From Candidatus Caldarchaeum sp. (GTDB lineage Archaea > Thermoproteota > Nitrososphaeria_A > Caldarchaeales > Caldarchaeaceae): a stretch of 64,000 bases of DNA. Below are positions 37,879-47,776 of this stretch, one piece after another. Under the pieces are notes generated by a model. The model made no database searches. It was not told the origin of the DNA and saw only the letters and a program-made list of their open reading frames with translations. Location: contig JAVZZH010000001.1 of the NCBI GenBank assembly GCA_038885755.1, forward strand, positions 352,001 through 416,000, in the 5' to 3' direction. The first letter of the stretch is position 1, and each line of letters begins with the position of its first letter. The translations under genes were made by a program, and so were the position numbers.

Positions 37879-40727
37879 TGATGGACGGGAAATCTGCATC
37901 GGTGCTCAGCCTGCTGGTTAAGCCGCTTCAGGAAGCTGTTCTGGAGAGGTTCAGCGAGCTCACCGAGCCTCAGATCCAGAGCATTCCGAAGATACTCGAG
38001 GGTGAAAACCTCCTGCTGATGGCTCCCACGGGCACTGGGAAGACTGAGGCGGCGGTCATACCGCTGCTGAACAGGCTTCTGACGCAGCCGGGTGGAGAAG
38101 GGGTCAGGATGCTTTACATCACGCCGTTGAGAGCTCTCAACCGAGACCTTCTCGAAAGGGTGGAGTGGTGGGCCGCAAGGCTAGACATGACAGTGGGCGT
38201 GAGGCACGGCGATACGCTCCAGAGGGAGAGAAGAACCCAGACGCTAATGCCTCCAACCATCCTCATCACAACGCCCGAAACTCTCCAGATACTCCTAACA
38301 GCCCGCACCTTCCGTCAACATCTAAGACACGTAGAGGCGGTCGTCGTGGACGAGGTTCACGAGCTCGCCGGAGACAAAAGAGGCGCACAGCTATCGGTTG
38401 CGTTGGAGAGACTGGTCGAGATTACTGGAAGAGATTTTCAGAGGATCGGCCTATCCGCCACCGTAGGCAGCCCTCAGAAGGTTGCATCCTTCCTAGCCGG
38501 CTGCGGAAGACGATGCAGCATCGTGAGGGTTCCGGTCGTCAGACAACTACAAATCACAGTCGAGTATCCCACCCCGTCTCCAGAGGATTACCAGCTGGCT
38601 GAGATGCTGTCCATCTATCCGGACGTGGCGGCTCGAATGAGTCTGATCAAAACGTTAGTCGACAGCCACGAGTCGACGCTTGTATTCACCAACACACGTC
38701 CATTAGCCGAGGTTTTGACTAACAGGTTTAGGGCCTGGGACGAAGCTGCCCCCATAGGTATTCACCACGGAAGTCTGTCGAAATCAACCCGGGTGGGTGC
38801 TGAGCAGGCTCTCAAGACTGGAGGTCTTTCGGGTGTTGTGTGCACGTCCTCTCTCGAGATGGGAATAGACGTCGGTAGGATCGAGCTCTGCATACAGTAC
38901 AACTCGCCCCGTGAAGTCTCACGGCTCATCCAGAGGGTTGGAAGAAGCGGCCATACAATAAAACGGACGGCGAAAGGCGTGATAATTGTTGCGGATTCGG
39001 ATGACGCTCTGGAAAGTCTGGTGATAGTCAGGAGAGCGCTTGAGGACGAGCTGGAGCCGACCGAGATTTTCGAAAACTCTTTCGACGTTCTGGCCCACCA
39101 GATAGCCGGGCTTGTGATAGAACGGGGTGAAATACATGTTGAAAACCTCGTCAACATCCTGAGGCGTTCACACTGCTTTAGAAACATAGGGCCAGAGCAG
39201 GTCCTCAAGGTTGCTCAGCATCTCGAGAAACTCGGAGCCGTCTTGATAACGACGGAGAACATCATAACCCGGGGAGTCAAGCGCACGGTCCTGTACGACT
39301 ACTACTTCAGCAACCTATCCATGATACCTGAGGAGAAACAATACCTTGTTGTGAACGAGTCGACAGGCGAAGCCGTGGGAATACTCGACGAAGAGTTTGT
39401 AGCAGAGCACGGTGAGCCCGGAACAAGGTTCATACTGATGGGTAAAGCTTGGGAGATAATTCAGACCTCCAGCGAAAGAATCTATGTTGCGCCGCTGGAA
39501 AGCCTTGAAGGAGCTGTTCCCTCTTGGGTGGGCGACGAGATACCCGTACCGTACCAAGTCGCTGAAGAAGTTGGAAGAATCAGGCGGGTTTATGCGGAGG
39601 CTTTACAGGCTGAAAAAGCCGACACGGCTCTGTCCGAGCTCTCCCAAGTCTATAGAACAGACATATCTTTGCTTAAAAAATCCCTCAGAGAGGTTGAGCA
39701 GCATCTTCGTCTTGGAATTCCAGTCCCCTCGGACAAGGTTTTCGTCCTCGAGGAGACCCCTCAGTACGTGGTTCTCCACATTACGGGAGGGCTGAAGGCT
39801 AACAGGACGATTTCGAGAGTTCTGGCGCATCGTCTAGCTTCGAGAACTGGGGCTGCGGTTGCGGTTCAGCAGGATGCCTACAGGATTGTCTTCGAGTCGA
39901 GGGAGATCGACGCAGACATGGTTGAAGACGAGTTGAAGAAGCTGCTGGAAGGAGACTGGGCTGAAACCGTCGCTAGGGCGGTTGAGTCGTCGAGCCTTTT
40001 CAGGAGAAGGCTTGTGCACGTGGCTCGCAAGATGGGCGTGCTCAGCCGGGAGGCCAGCATACTCGACGTCAGCGCAGTCAAGCTCGCTGAGATGCTTAAG
40101 GACACGGTTGTCTACGAGGAAGCGGTCAACCACAGCCTCGTCGCAGACTTCGACTCCACGACAGCCCTCACACTGGTAAATAGAATCGTCCAAGGGAGTA
40201 CGGGTCTGGTTAAAGTGCGGCTTGAATCTCCCTCGCCTCTGGCCATGCTTACCATAAACAGGTACAGCAGCGACATGGACGTCGTGGCTTCCGACAGGCT
40301 TGAGAAGCTTGTGCTTAACGCTGTGAGGGGAAGGCTGAACAACGAACCCATTACCTTGGTGTGTGTTTCTTGCTGGAACTGGTACAGGCGATGCTTCGTC
40401 AAAGAGCTTGAGTCACGGCCTGTGTGCGGGTCGTGCGAGTCTACGAGGCTTGGAGTTTTGACCGTGGAGCCGGAGGAGTTGATGAACCTTCTCGCAAGGC
40501 GTGGCAAACCCTCCAACAGGAAGGAGCGTGGCATCCGGTCTCAAGCCGTCAAGACAGCGGAGTTGGTGGACAGGTATGGGAAGGCAGCTGTTTTCACGCT
40601 TGCAAGCAAGTACCTCTCGCTAGGAGACGCCTCCGAGATCCTTGGTCAGGAGTCAAGCTTGGGGTCTAGGCTTGTCGAGCTCATCGTCGAGAGAGAGCGT
40701 AAAAAAATTCAGGAAATGTTCAGATAG
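37875..40727 (+). CDS. lhr: Lhr-family ATP-dependent helicase
   Basis: APTGTGKT, DEVH, SAT, QRVGRSGH, PSWVG, C-terminal CxxC..CxxC. Confidence 0.93.
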   Translation: MMMDGKSASVLSLLVKPLQEAVLERFSELTEPQIQSIPKILEGENLLLMAPTGTGKTEAAVIPLLNRLLTQPGGEGVRMLYITPLRALNRDLLERVEWWAARLDMTVGVRHGDTLQRERRTQTLMPPTILITTPETLQILLTARTFRQHLRHVEAVVVDEVHELAGDKRGAQLSVALERLVEITGRDFQRIGLSATVGSPQKVASFLAGCGRRCSIVRVPVVRQLQITVEYPTPSPEDYQLAEMLSIYPDVAARMSLIKTLVDSHESTLVFTNTRPLAEVLTNRFRAWDEAAPIGIHHGSLSKSTRVGAEQALKTGGLSGVVCTSSLEMGIDVGRIELCIQYNSPREVSRLIQRVGRSGHTIKRTAKGVIIVADSDDALESLVIVRRALEDELEPTEIFENSFDVLAHQIAGLVIERGEIHVENLVNILRRSHCFRNIGPEQVLKVAQHLEKLGAVLITTENIITRGVKRTVLYDYYFSNLSMIPEEKQYLVVNESTGEAVGILDEEFVAEHGEPGTRFILMGKAWEIIQTSSERIYVAPLESLEGAVPSWVGDEIPVPYQVAEEVGRIRRVYAEALQAEKADTALSELSQVYRTDISLLKKSLREVEQHLRLGIPVPSDKVFVLEETPQYVVLHITGGLKANRTISRVLAHRLASRTGAAVAVQQDAYRIVFESREIDADMVEDELKKLLEGDWAETVARAVESSSLFRRRLVHVARKMGVLSREASILDVSAVKLAEMLKDTVVYEEAVNHSLVADFDSTTALTLVNRIVQGSTGLVKVRLESPSPLAMLTINRYSSDMDVVASDRLEKLVLNAVRGRLNNEPITLVCVSCWNWYRRCFVKELESRPVCGSCESTRLGVLTVEPEELMNLLARRGKPSNRKERGIRSQAVKTAELVDRYGKAAVFTLASKYLSLGDASEILGQESSLGSRLVELIVERERKKIQEMFR

Positions 40728-41319
40728 GCTTCTCCTCTCCCAGCCCTTTTGAGATGCTTGAGATAGCTTTTATCAACTCTTTCTGGTCGACCTCAGCTAG
40801 GGCCCTCCATCCCACGGCGAGCATGCCGTCGCCGAGGTCCATCAGGTATCCACGTCTGACAAACCTTTCAAGAGCAGCCTCGACACGCCACTTTGGAAGC
40901 TTCGACTCCAGCAAATCCGTCAAATCTTTCTTTGGAGCCTTACCGCCGCGAGTAAACAAGACGGCTAAAGAAGTAGACAACACCGCTAGGTCGTCTATCC
41001 TCCAGCCTGCAGCAACTATGTCCGACAAGCTCAGCGGGTCAGCCAGAGTGATGAAGTACCGAGCCCTGTCGTAGTCCTCCTCCGACGGCTCCTTGTCGGA
41101 AGGTGTTTCGAACAGCGTCTTCACCCTCAAGCCGAGCGGTTCGAGCCTATGGTTCAGGCTCTCCAGCACCTTCAGGTAGTTTTTACCGACTCTTCTCCGC
41201 AGCTCGTACCCCCTAACTCCGGGAAGCCTGTGGCTCGTGAACAGAAGCATCGCCATAGCCGTCGAAAGCTTCTTCCTCGCAGCCGTCTGCTCTGGAGAGG
41301 CCTCAGTCAAGCACCCCAC
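40720..41319 (-). CDS. KITE-family tandem winged-helix protein (MAGE/Nse1-Nse3/ScpB-like)
   Basis: Two wH-sized halves; LNHRLEPLGLRV; C-terminal GYL..VGWRALAE resembles MAGE WGPRA.AE. Confidence 0.7.
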   Translation of the reverse strand: MGCLTEASPEQTAARKKLSTAMAMLLFTSHRLPGVRGYELRRRVGKNYLKVLESLNHRLEPLGLRVKTLFETPSDKEPSEEDYDRARYFITLADPLSLSDIVAAGWRIDDLAVLSTSLAVLFTRGGKAPKKDLTDLLESKLPKWRVEAALERFVRRGYLMDLGDGMLAVGWRALAEVDQKELIKAISSISKGLGEEKPI

Positions 41320-42085
41320 CCTTCTTCAGCACTACAACCATCGAGGCAACGTTCCCTCTCTTAACCTTCTTCTCCAACGGTCTCAGAGTTATTTGGCCAG
41401 TCAACGGGTTCCTCGACGCCTCCGCAAGCCCTTCGCTCAGCAGAAAGGCTGTCAAGTAGGCCCTTTCGAAAACCTTCTCAACGCCCTCCTTCATGACGAA
41501 GGACTTGTAGTCGAGGACGCCTTCCTCGTTCCTCTGCTCGAGCATTTCACGGTGAAGACGCGTCATATCGCTCTCCAGCAAGCTTCTCTCGCTGAAAACC
41601 CATCCTGCCACGGTCTCGCCGGTGCCGAGGCCTGTCTCCGAGCTTGACGGTTTCCATGAAGCTCTTGAGGGGAGGCTCATGAAGTACTCGATGCCTGAAA
41701 CCGCCATCCCCAACGTTAGCTGCTCAGCGGTAGCTATGGGCCTCCAGCTGCTCGCCAGCGCTTCAGCCAGAGACTTCTTGTCTGCTTCGAGAACTTTGAC
41801 GACTATTGTTTGAGCGTCGACGAACAGGGATGAGGCTCTGTCCTTAAGCCATTTGTGCTGGAGAGCTATGACCGTCGCTATTCTATAAATCGTCTCAGCG
41901 TCGAGGACCAGCAGGTCCGTGTTTTCGAATCTTTCAGCGATGGCCCTTAGCTTCATCAGCATGTTTTTAATGTCCAGCGAGTAGGGGTCTGTGCCCGTCC
42001 TAGCGACAGAGTCGCACAGGGAAATGAGTTTCTCCAACTCCTCCCTAGCTAGTTTCAAGCTTTTCACTAGGCACCGCCTCCGCAA
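41303..42085 (-). CDS. Kleisin (ScpA/Nse4-like); true start possibly the GTG at 42067
   Basis: N-terminal DPYSLDI (ScpA DPWDIDI); C-terminal wH YKSFV..FERAYLTAFLLSEG..GQITL. Confidence 0.75.
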   Translation of the reverse strand: MRRRCLVKSLKLAREELEKLISLCDSVARTGTDPYSLDIKNMLMKLRAIAERFENTDLLVLDAETIYRIATVIALQHKWLKDRASSLFVDAQTIVVKVLEADKKSLAEALASSWRPIATAEQLTLGMAVSGIEYFMSLPSRASWKPSSSETGLGTGETVAGWVFSERSLLESDMTRLHREMLEQRNEEGVLDYKSFVMKEGVEKVFERAYLTAFLLSEGLAEASRNPLTGQITLRPLEKKVKRGNVASMVVVLKKGGVLD

Positions 42086-43790
42086 CAGACACCTCAGACC
42101 TGCCTCTCACGTTCTGGACGAGTATCACGTTCATGTCGCTGCTGTAGGGAAGCCTGCCGGGAGTGATGATGATGTACTGGGCTTCGCCATCCCTGCCAGC
42201 CGTTGCCGTTAGGATGTTGATTATTCTCTCCCTATTGAGCGGGTCTAGATGAACGTCGAACTCGTCGACAGCCCTGAAGGGAGACTTGATGTGTTTCTGG
42301 AGAGCGAGCAGAAAAGCCATCGTCGCTACGATCCGCTCGCCTCCGCTCTGCGTGTGTGCGTTCAGAAGAGTCGGCTCGACACCTCTGAACCCCACGTATA
42401 TCTCAACAGAGGCCTTGTCTATGTCGTGGAGGTTCCTCAGCTCGATTTTACCCGAGCCGCCGACCAGAGATAAAATCCTCCTATACTCGGGCTCAACCGA
42501 CTGTATGAGGTTTCGGACGAAGCTGCGCCACTTCTCCTTCCTGAACTCGGTCTCCTCCAACGCTTTCCGAGCGTTCTCGCTCAACTGCCTAGCCTTTAGC
42601 TCAGCTTCTCGAAACTTCGCCTCAGCCAGCATGAACATTTGCTCAGCCTGCATCGAAGGCTTACCGAGAGAAGCCAGCTGAAGCTCCACCGCTTTCAGTT
42701 CATCCAAAACCTCAACAGGCTTCCGCCCAGTCTCAATCCTCTGACTTCTGGATAACGCTTCAGCAACCCTTCTCGCCAACTCTTTCTCAGCCGCCGCCAG
42801 CTCGTACTTGATGTCCCTCAACTCCGTCTCACGCATCTCCTTGAATGCTTCAGCTCTTCCAAGCTTTTGAGCGGCCTTAACTACTGCGTCAACATACTCT
42901 TCTAGGCCTGTATTCATGCTCTCTGACCTTATCTGTTGCAGCAACCGTGTACGGGCCGTTTCAGTCTCGTGAGCCGCGTCGCCAACCTCTCTGCCCAGCT
43001 TCTCAACATCCCTAACGACCGCCATCATCCTCTCAGCAAGCCTGTCCCTCGACTTCTCCGCCTCTCTCACCAAAGACCAGAGATGCTCGGCCTCCAGCAC
43101 TGATTTACGCTCCTCCAGCTCTCGGACCAGCGTAAGCTTTTTGTATTCCTCCCGCCAGAAATCAACAGCCGCCCCAGCATCCTCGAGCGTCTTCCTCAAC
43201 ACAGTCTCCTCGGCGAGAAGGGCTGTGAGCTTCTGCTCCGCCTCCTTTATCCTCTCCCTCAAACCAGAAGCCCCTACAGCTTCCTCTATCATGGCCAGCT
43301 TCTCAACGCTGTCCCTGCTGACGAACTGCTCGATCATGTTTTGATGCATTATTATCAGAATGTTGTCAGGGTTTATTCCAACCCTGGCCAATAGGTTCTC
43401 CACTTCAGCCTTCGTCCTGAACTTGTTGTTGACGTAGTGCCAGTACTCTCCGTTTTTCTTCAAAAACCTAGCTATCGACACAGAGTCGGACTGGATGGAG
43501 GGTATCGGCCTACGACCGTCGACAGGCTTGTTGTCCAGAACCACGACCACCCGGGCCGCGTCCATCCCTCTTCTTATCAAGTCGCTCAGCCGTTGGCCAC
43601 GCTCCGTGTACGACTGGCCTAGGGCCACGGATATGGCTAGAAGAATGGATGATTTGCCTGCGCCGTTAGGGCCTACTATGACGTTGAGGCCGTTGGTCAG
43701 CTGGATGCGGCTGTACTCGTGGGACATGAAATTCTCTAGGATAACCTCTCTGATGTAGGGCCTTGGCAGGTTCTCCGGGCTGGTCGTCAA
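42045..43790 (-). CDS. Short SMC5/6-like ATPase
   Basis: LENFMSH, GPNGAGKS, coiled coil, QSGGER, SPFRAVDEFDVHLD. Confidence 0.88.
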   Translation of the reverse strand: MTTSPENLPRPYIREVILENFMSHEYSRIQLTNGLNVIVGPNGAGKSSILLAISVALGQSYTERGQRLSDLIRRGMDAARVVVVLDNKPVDGRRPIPSIQSDSVSIARFLKKNGEYWHYVNNKFRTKAEVENLLARVGINPDNILIIMHQNMIEQFVSRDSVEKLAMIEEAVGASGLRERIKEAEQKLTALLAEETVLRKTLEDAGAAVDFWREEYKKLTLVRELEERKSVLEAEHLWSLVREAEKSRDRLAERMMAVVRDVEKLGREVGDAAHETETARTRLLQQIRSESMNTGLEEYVDAVVKAAQKLGRAEAFKEMRETELRDIKYELAAAEKELARRVAEALSRSQRIETGRKPVEVLDELKAVELQLASLGKPSMQAEQMFMLAEAKFREAELKARQLSENARKALEETEFRKEKWRSFVRNLIQSVEPEYRRILSLVGGSGKIELRNLHDIDKASVEIYVGFRGVEPTLLNAHTQSGGERIVATMAFLLALQKHIKSPFRAVDEFDVHLDPLNRERIINILTATAGRDGEAQYIIITPGRLPYSSDMNVILVQNVRGRSEVSVAEAVPSEKLETS

Positions 43791-43930
43791 TCCTTCCGGC
43801 CTGCCTACGACTGAGGATAATATAAACTACCATCAACTCTCAAATCATACCGATGTATGTCGTGGACAATTATGCCGGCCGCCGAACTCGCTAACATATA
43901 TAGACACGTTTCAGGCACCCCCGTCTAAGC

Positions 43931-45061
43931 ATGTCGCAGGAGCTCGAAAGAATCGCAGCCATCAGAGCCCGTGAAGCGGTGAACTACGACAGGTCTGGAC
44001 AGCGGCTTAAAGCCGTCAAGCTGTACCGGGAGGCGATCGAGTTGTTGTGGAAGCTTTACCGTCTGGCTCCCGACTCATCGGTCAAAAGGATCTACGCCGA
44101 CAAGATTAAAGAGTATCAGAATAGGATTGAGGAGCTGTCGAACGAGTCTCCTCCGCCATTCAAGGATGTTCAGTTTAACCAGCCCGAGCCGCCACACTCC
44201 AAATCCAGCCTTTTCTTGGCTGAGAAACCCCGGGTTCGGTGGGACGATATAGTCAACATCGAGGAGGCTAAGAAAGCCATCAAGGAAAGCATAATATTCC
44301 CGACCAGAAGACCAGACCTTTTCCCGCTGGGCTGGCCGAGGGGGATTCTGCTCTTCGGCCCACCCGGTTGCGGCAAGACCCTCCTAGCGGCTGCGGTTGC
44401 GTCGGAGCTTGATGCAGGATTTTACTCCCTCGACGCCGCAAGCATCATGTCTAAGTGGCTGGGGGAGTCGGAGCGGAACATCTCCAAGATATTCAACACC
44501 TGCAGGAGCGAAGCTAGGTCAGGCAAGCCTGTCATCATCTTCATCGACGAGGTTGACTCACTAACCACCGAGAGGTTCATGGAGGTGGGTGGTGAGGCAA
44601 GGGTTAGGAACCAGCTTCTGAAGGAGATGGACAGCATACTTGACAAGGGTAGGAAAGACTTTCTCTACGTCATCGCGGCGACGAACAAGCCTTGGCTGCT
44701 TGATGAGCCCTTCATCAGAAGGTTCCAGAAGAGGGTCTACGTCTCGCTGCCCGACATCGACGCAAGGCTGCATCTCTTCAAAATGTACACCAACGGCCTC
44801 AACCTCGACAGCGGTGTTGAACTCGCTCAGCTGGCTAAAATAACCGACGGCTACTCTGCGGCAGACATCCACGACATATGCGTTGAGGCTCAGCTACGCG
44901 TCGTCAGCGAATACTTCTCCTCCTCCAACGGGGATGAGGGAGAGCCCAGACCGATTACTATGGATGACTTCATGGAGATTATCAAGAAGAGAAAGCACTC
45001 GATTGTTCTGGAGAATTTGAAGAAGCTTCTGGACTGGAACTCGAAGTACGGAACTAGCTAG
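43931..45061 (+). CDS. cdvC: Vps4/CdvC MIT-AAA ATPase
   Basis: MIT domain (AVNYD..AVKLYREAIELL); LGWPRGILLFGPPGCGKT; SKWLGE; ATNKPW. Confidence 0.92.
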   Translation: MSQELERIAAIRAREAVNYDRSGQRLKAVKLYREAIELLWKLYRLAPDSSVKRIYADKIKEYQNRIEELSNESPPPFKDVQFNQPEPPHSKSSLFLAEKPRVRWDDIVNIEEAKKAIKESIIFPTRRPDLFPLGWPRGILLFGPPGCGKTLLAAAVASELDAGFYSLDAASIMSKWLGESERNISKIFNTCRSEARSGKPVIIFIDEVDSLTTERFMEVGGEARVRNQLLKEMDSILDKGRKDFLYVIAATNKPWLLDEPFIRRFQKRVYVSLPDIDARLHLFKMYTNGLNLDSGVELAQLAKITDGYSAADIHDICVEAQLRVVSEYFSSSNGDEGEPRPITMDDFMEIIKKRKHSIVLENLKKLLDWNSKYGTS

Positions 45062-45845
45062 CCTCCGCGACCTCCAGCTGTATTAAGCCCTTATCGTGAA
45101 GGTTTTTCAAAACTTCCGAAGCTGTCTGAGGGTCTATCTTGAGCTCAGCTGCGAGAGCGTGAAGGTCGAGCTCCTCATCCTCCCTATCAACGACGTAGCT
45201 GTAAACAGTTTTCTCCAAGTCTGTAAGCCTCGGGGCCTCGGGGAACGATTGACGCACCTTCTCAGCAGCTATCCTCCTAGCTTCGTCGAGGATGAACGAA
45301 ACTTCCTGAGAGACGTTCGCGTTGCTGTCTGACACGGGCTCGACGTAGACGCCCGAGCTGGTGATGAAGTCCTCGATCAACACCATTAGGTTCCTCAAGT
45401 GTTCAGAAGCCTCGGGTGAGACGTCCGCTATCTCGGCGAGAGTGTTCTGAAGCATGGCCGACAAGGGCCGGATGAGGGAGAGGGCCTCGCCCAGCTCAAG
45501 GATGCTTTCAAGCCTAATCTTAACCTGCAGCAGTACAAGCTGGCTGTGAAGAACTATTCCGGCCAGTTTTTTAATCTCAGCAATCTCCGAGGCATAGATC
45601 TTTGCTTTTTCATCGTCCTTCGACTGGAGTGCGTCTACACATTTTTCGAAGTATTCACGGCTCCTGGCCAGCATCTCTTTATACTTGTTGTTGAGCCTCT
45701 CGATGTGTCCGTTGAGCGAGGATATTGACTTCTCGATCCTCGCAGACATCTCCTCTTGAATATCCACCAGCAATGGTTCTTCCGCCTTCTGTTCGGGCCA
45801 GTCGTTCCTACGTCTCAGAAACCCAATCAATCCGCCTGTCTGCAC
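45054..45845 (-). CDS. cdvB: ESCRT-III/CdvB (Snf7) protein with C-terminal winged helix
   Basis: AKIYASEIAEIKK..LLQVKIRLES, ILDEA, VYSYV..LHDKGLI. Confidence 0.85.
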   Translation of the reverse strand: MQTGGLIGFLRRRNDWPEQKAEEPLLVDIQEEMSARIEKSISSLNGHIERLNNKYKEMLARSREYFEKCVDALQSKDDEKAKIYASEIAEIKKLAGIVLHSQLVLLQVKIRLESILELGEALSLIRPLSAMLQNTLAEIADVSPEASEHLRNLMVLIEDFITSSGVYVEPVSDSNANVSQEVSFILDEARRIAAEKVRQSFPEAPRLTDLEKTVYSYVVDREDEELDLHALAAELKIDPQTASEVLKNLHDKGLIQLEVAEAS

Positions 45846-45917
45846 TTGTCGAGATTAATATGCTTCATCATTCCCATGACGGCGGATATTCTCTTGCTAT
45901 TACTTGGATTATACCTT

Positions 45918-46331
45918 CTAGGAGCATCTGGACAGGTAGATGTCCTCTCTTTCGTACTCGGCCATCCATGTTTTTGTCGAGCTGGGTTTGAGCCTCAAGC
46001 CGACGAGCCTGTAGCCCTCCGGAGTTTCAGCTATGGAGGAGGCAAGCGCCTGTTCGATAGAGTCTGCGATTCTTTCCTTCACAACGCGCTTCTCGCCGCT
46101 CTCCCTCTCGGCACGATAGCATACTAGACACAGCGTTTTTCCACGGAGCACGGTGGAAGTAAACCTTCTGACCGAGGAACCGCATTTATCGCAGACAACC
46201 ATCTGGAGACCGCATTTTCGGCAGACAGCTCCGTAGCCTGCGACGTAGTGGAATGTCTCGCCCGGCTTTGACTCGGCTCCGCAAGCCCTGCATACGGTTT
46301 TCTCGCCGGTTTTCTGGAAGTGTCCAAGCAT
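45918..46331 (-). CDS. Double zinc-finger protein of unknown function
   Basis: Four CxxC motifs followed by a small alpha/beta domain. Confidence 0.7.
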   Translation of the reverse strand: MLGHFQKTGEKTVCRACGAESKPGETFHYVAGYGAVCRKCGLQMVVCDKCGSSVRRFTSTVLRGKTLCLVCYRAERESGEKRVVKERIADSIEQALASSIAETPEGYRLVGLRLKPSSTKTWMAEYEREDIYLSRCS

Positions 46332-46411
46332 CTCGAGTTATCTGGATGTTTTTATGCATATAAGTTTACCAGAGATACAGCTATTAACGGCTCTGGCTGG
46401 AGTTCAACGGG

Positions 46412-47776
46412 TTGACCGAGTTTACGTCCCTCGTGTCTCAAAAGTTCAGCCAAGAGCCTGATTGGCTTTCAAGGCTTAGGGTCAAGTTTCTCGAGCTGTA
46501 CAAGTCGATGCCGCCCGAGACCTCCGAGCTCTACATCAGGCATTACGAGGCCCCTGAATTGAGTGAGGAACGTCTTTACGGCATGCTTCCTGAAGGCTTC
46601 GACGCCGATGTCCCCAACGAGTTCAAGCACGTCAAGGAGGACAAGGAGAATCCGACCGTCGTTTACGTCGGCGGCAAGCTGGCTCACCTCCACATCCCGC
46701 GTGATTTAGTTTTGAAAGGCGTTGAAGTATCGACGCTCTCAGAAGCTTTGAAGAAGCATGAAGGATTGATTCGTGAAGTTTTTGAGAGGACTGTAAACTC
46801 ACGAAACCTCGACAAGTACTCAAGCCTCACCCACGCCCTTCTCACCTCCGGCATATTCATAAGAATACCTAGGTCTACTGAACTGAACAAGCCTTTCCGA
46901 ATCCTCTACATCGTCGACAAGCCCTCGGAAGCCTTCTTCACAAAAACCATCCTGCTCGCTGAGAGCCAGTCATCCGCCTCAGTCGTTGAGGAGCTTCACG
47001 GCCTTCCGGGTTCCGCTGGAAGCGTAATCGGTCAGAACGTCGAGCTGATACTGGGCGATTCATGCAGCGTTAGACACGGCGTTCTTCAGAACTTGGGCCA
47101 CGACCACACCTACCTCGCCAACAGGCTTGCCTACGTGGGAAGAAGCTCGTCAGCCATGGTTGTGGGTTCTTTGATTGGAGCTGGTTTGTCGAAGGTTAGG
47201 GTTGACAGTGTGATGGCTGGAGACGGCTCTAGCGTAAACGACTTGGAGCTTGTGTTCGGCGACGGCGAGCAGAGGATGGATTTAACCGCCAACCTTCATC
47301 ACGTCGGCTACGGTACGCAGGGTAGGGAAGTGTCGAAAGGAGTCGTCAAGGACAAGGCCCGGGTTATCTTCAAGGGAATGATAACCATTGAGAAGCAGGC
47401 CAAGAACACCAACGCGTATCTTGCGAAGCACGCCATGATAATGAGCCCGGAGGCCCGAGCTTACGCCATCCCGTCCCTCGAGATCGAGACAGACGAGGTG
47501 AAGGCCACGCACTCGGCGAGCGTAAGCCAGATAGACCCGGACCAAGTCTACTACCTGATGACTAGGGGAATCCCCTACGAAGAGGCTAGGAAGATGCTTG
47601 CCCTAGGGTTCTTCGAGCCTGTGGTTTCGATGATCGACCTCGACGAGGTTAGATGGGGTCTTAGAAGCCTGCTGGAGAGCAAATGGGGTGGAACGGTGAC
47701 GGAGCTCTTTGAGGAGCCTGAGGTCGCGGTCTCAAGCCTTTTCGGAACCCACTACAAATACAGGTATGCTAGATAG
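46412..47776 (+). CDS. sufD: Fe-S cluster assembly protein SufD (SufBD family)
   Basis: AIPSLEIETDEVKATHSASV, YYLMTRGI. Confidence 0.88.
   Translation: MTEFTSLVSQKFSQEPDWLSRLRVKFLELYKSMPPETSELYIRHYEAPELSEERLYGMLPEGFDADVPNEFKHVKEDKENPTVVYVGGKLAHLHIPRDLVLKGVEVSTLSEALKKHEGLIREVFERTVNSRNLDKYSSLTHALLTSGIFIRIPRSTELNKPFRILYIVDKPSEAFFTKTILLAESQSSASVVEELHGLPGSAGSVIGQNVELILGDSCSVRHGVLQNLGHDHTYLANRLAYVGRSSSAMVVGSLIGAGLSKVRVDSVMAGDGSSVNDLELVFGDGEQRMDLTANLHHVGYGTQGREVSKGVVKDKARVIFKGMITIEKQAKNTNAYLAKHAMIMSPEARAYAIPSLEIETDEVKATHSASVSQIDPDQVYYLMTRGIPYEEARKMLALGFFEPVVSMIDLDEVRWGLRSLLESKWGGTVTELFEEPEVAVSSLFGTHYKYRYAR

Noticed and set aside
42045-43790. Rad50/SbcC or Wadjet JetC
   Set aside because: No zinc hook, no adjacent Mre11 or JetD nuclease, and the D-loop is SMC5/6-like.
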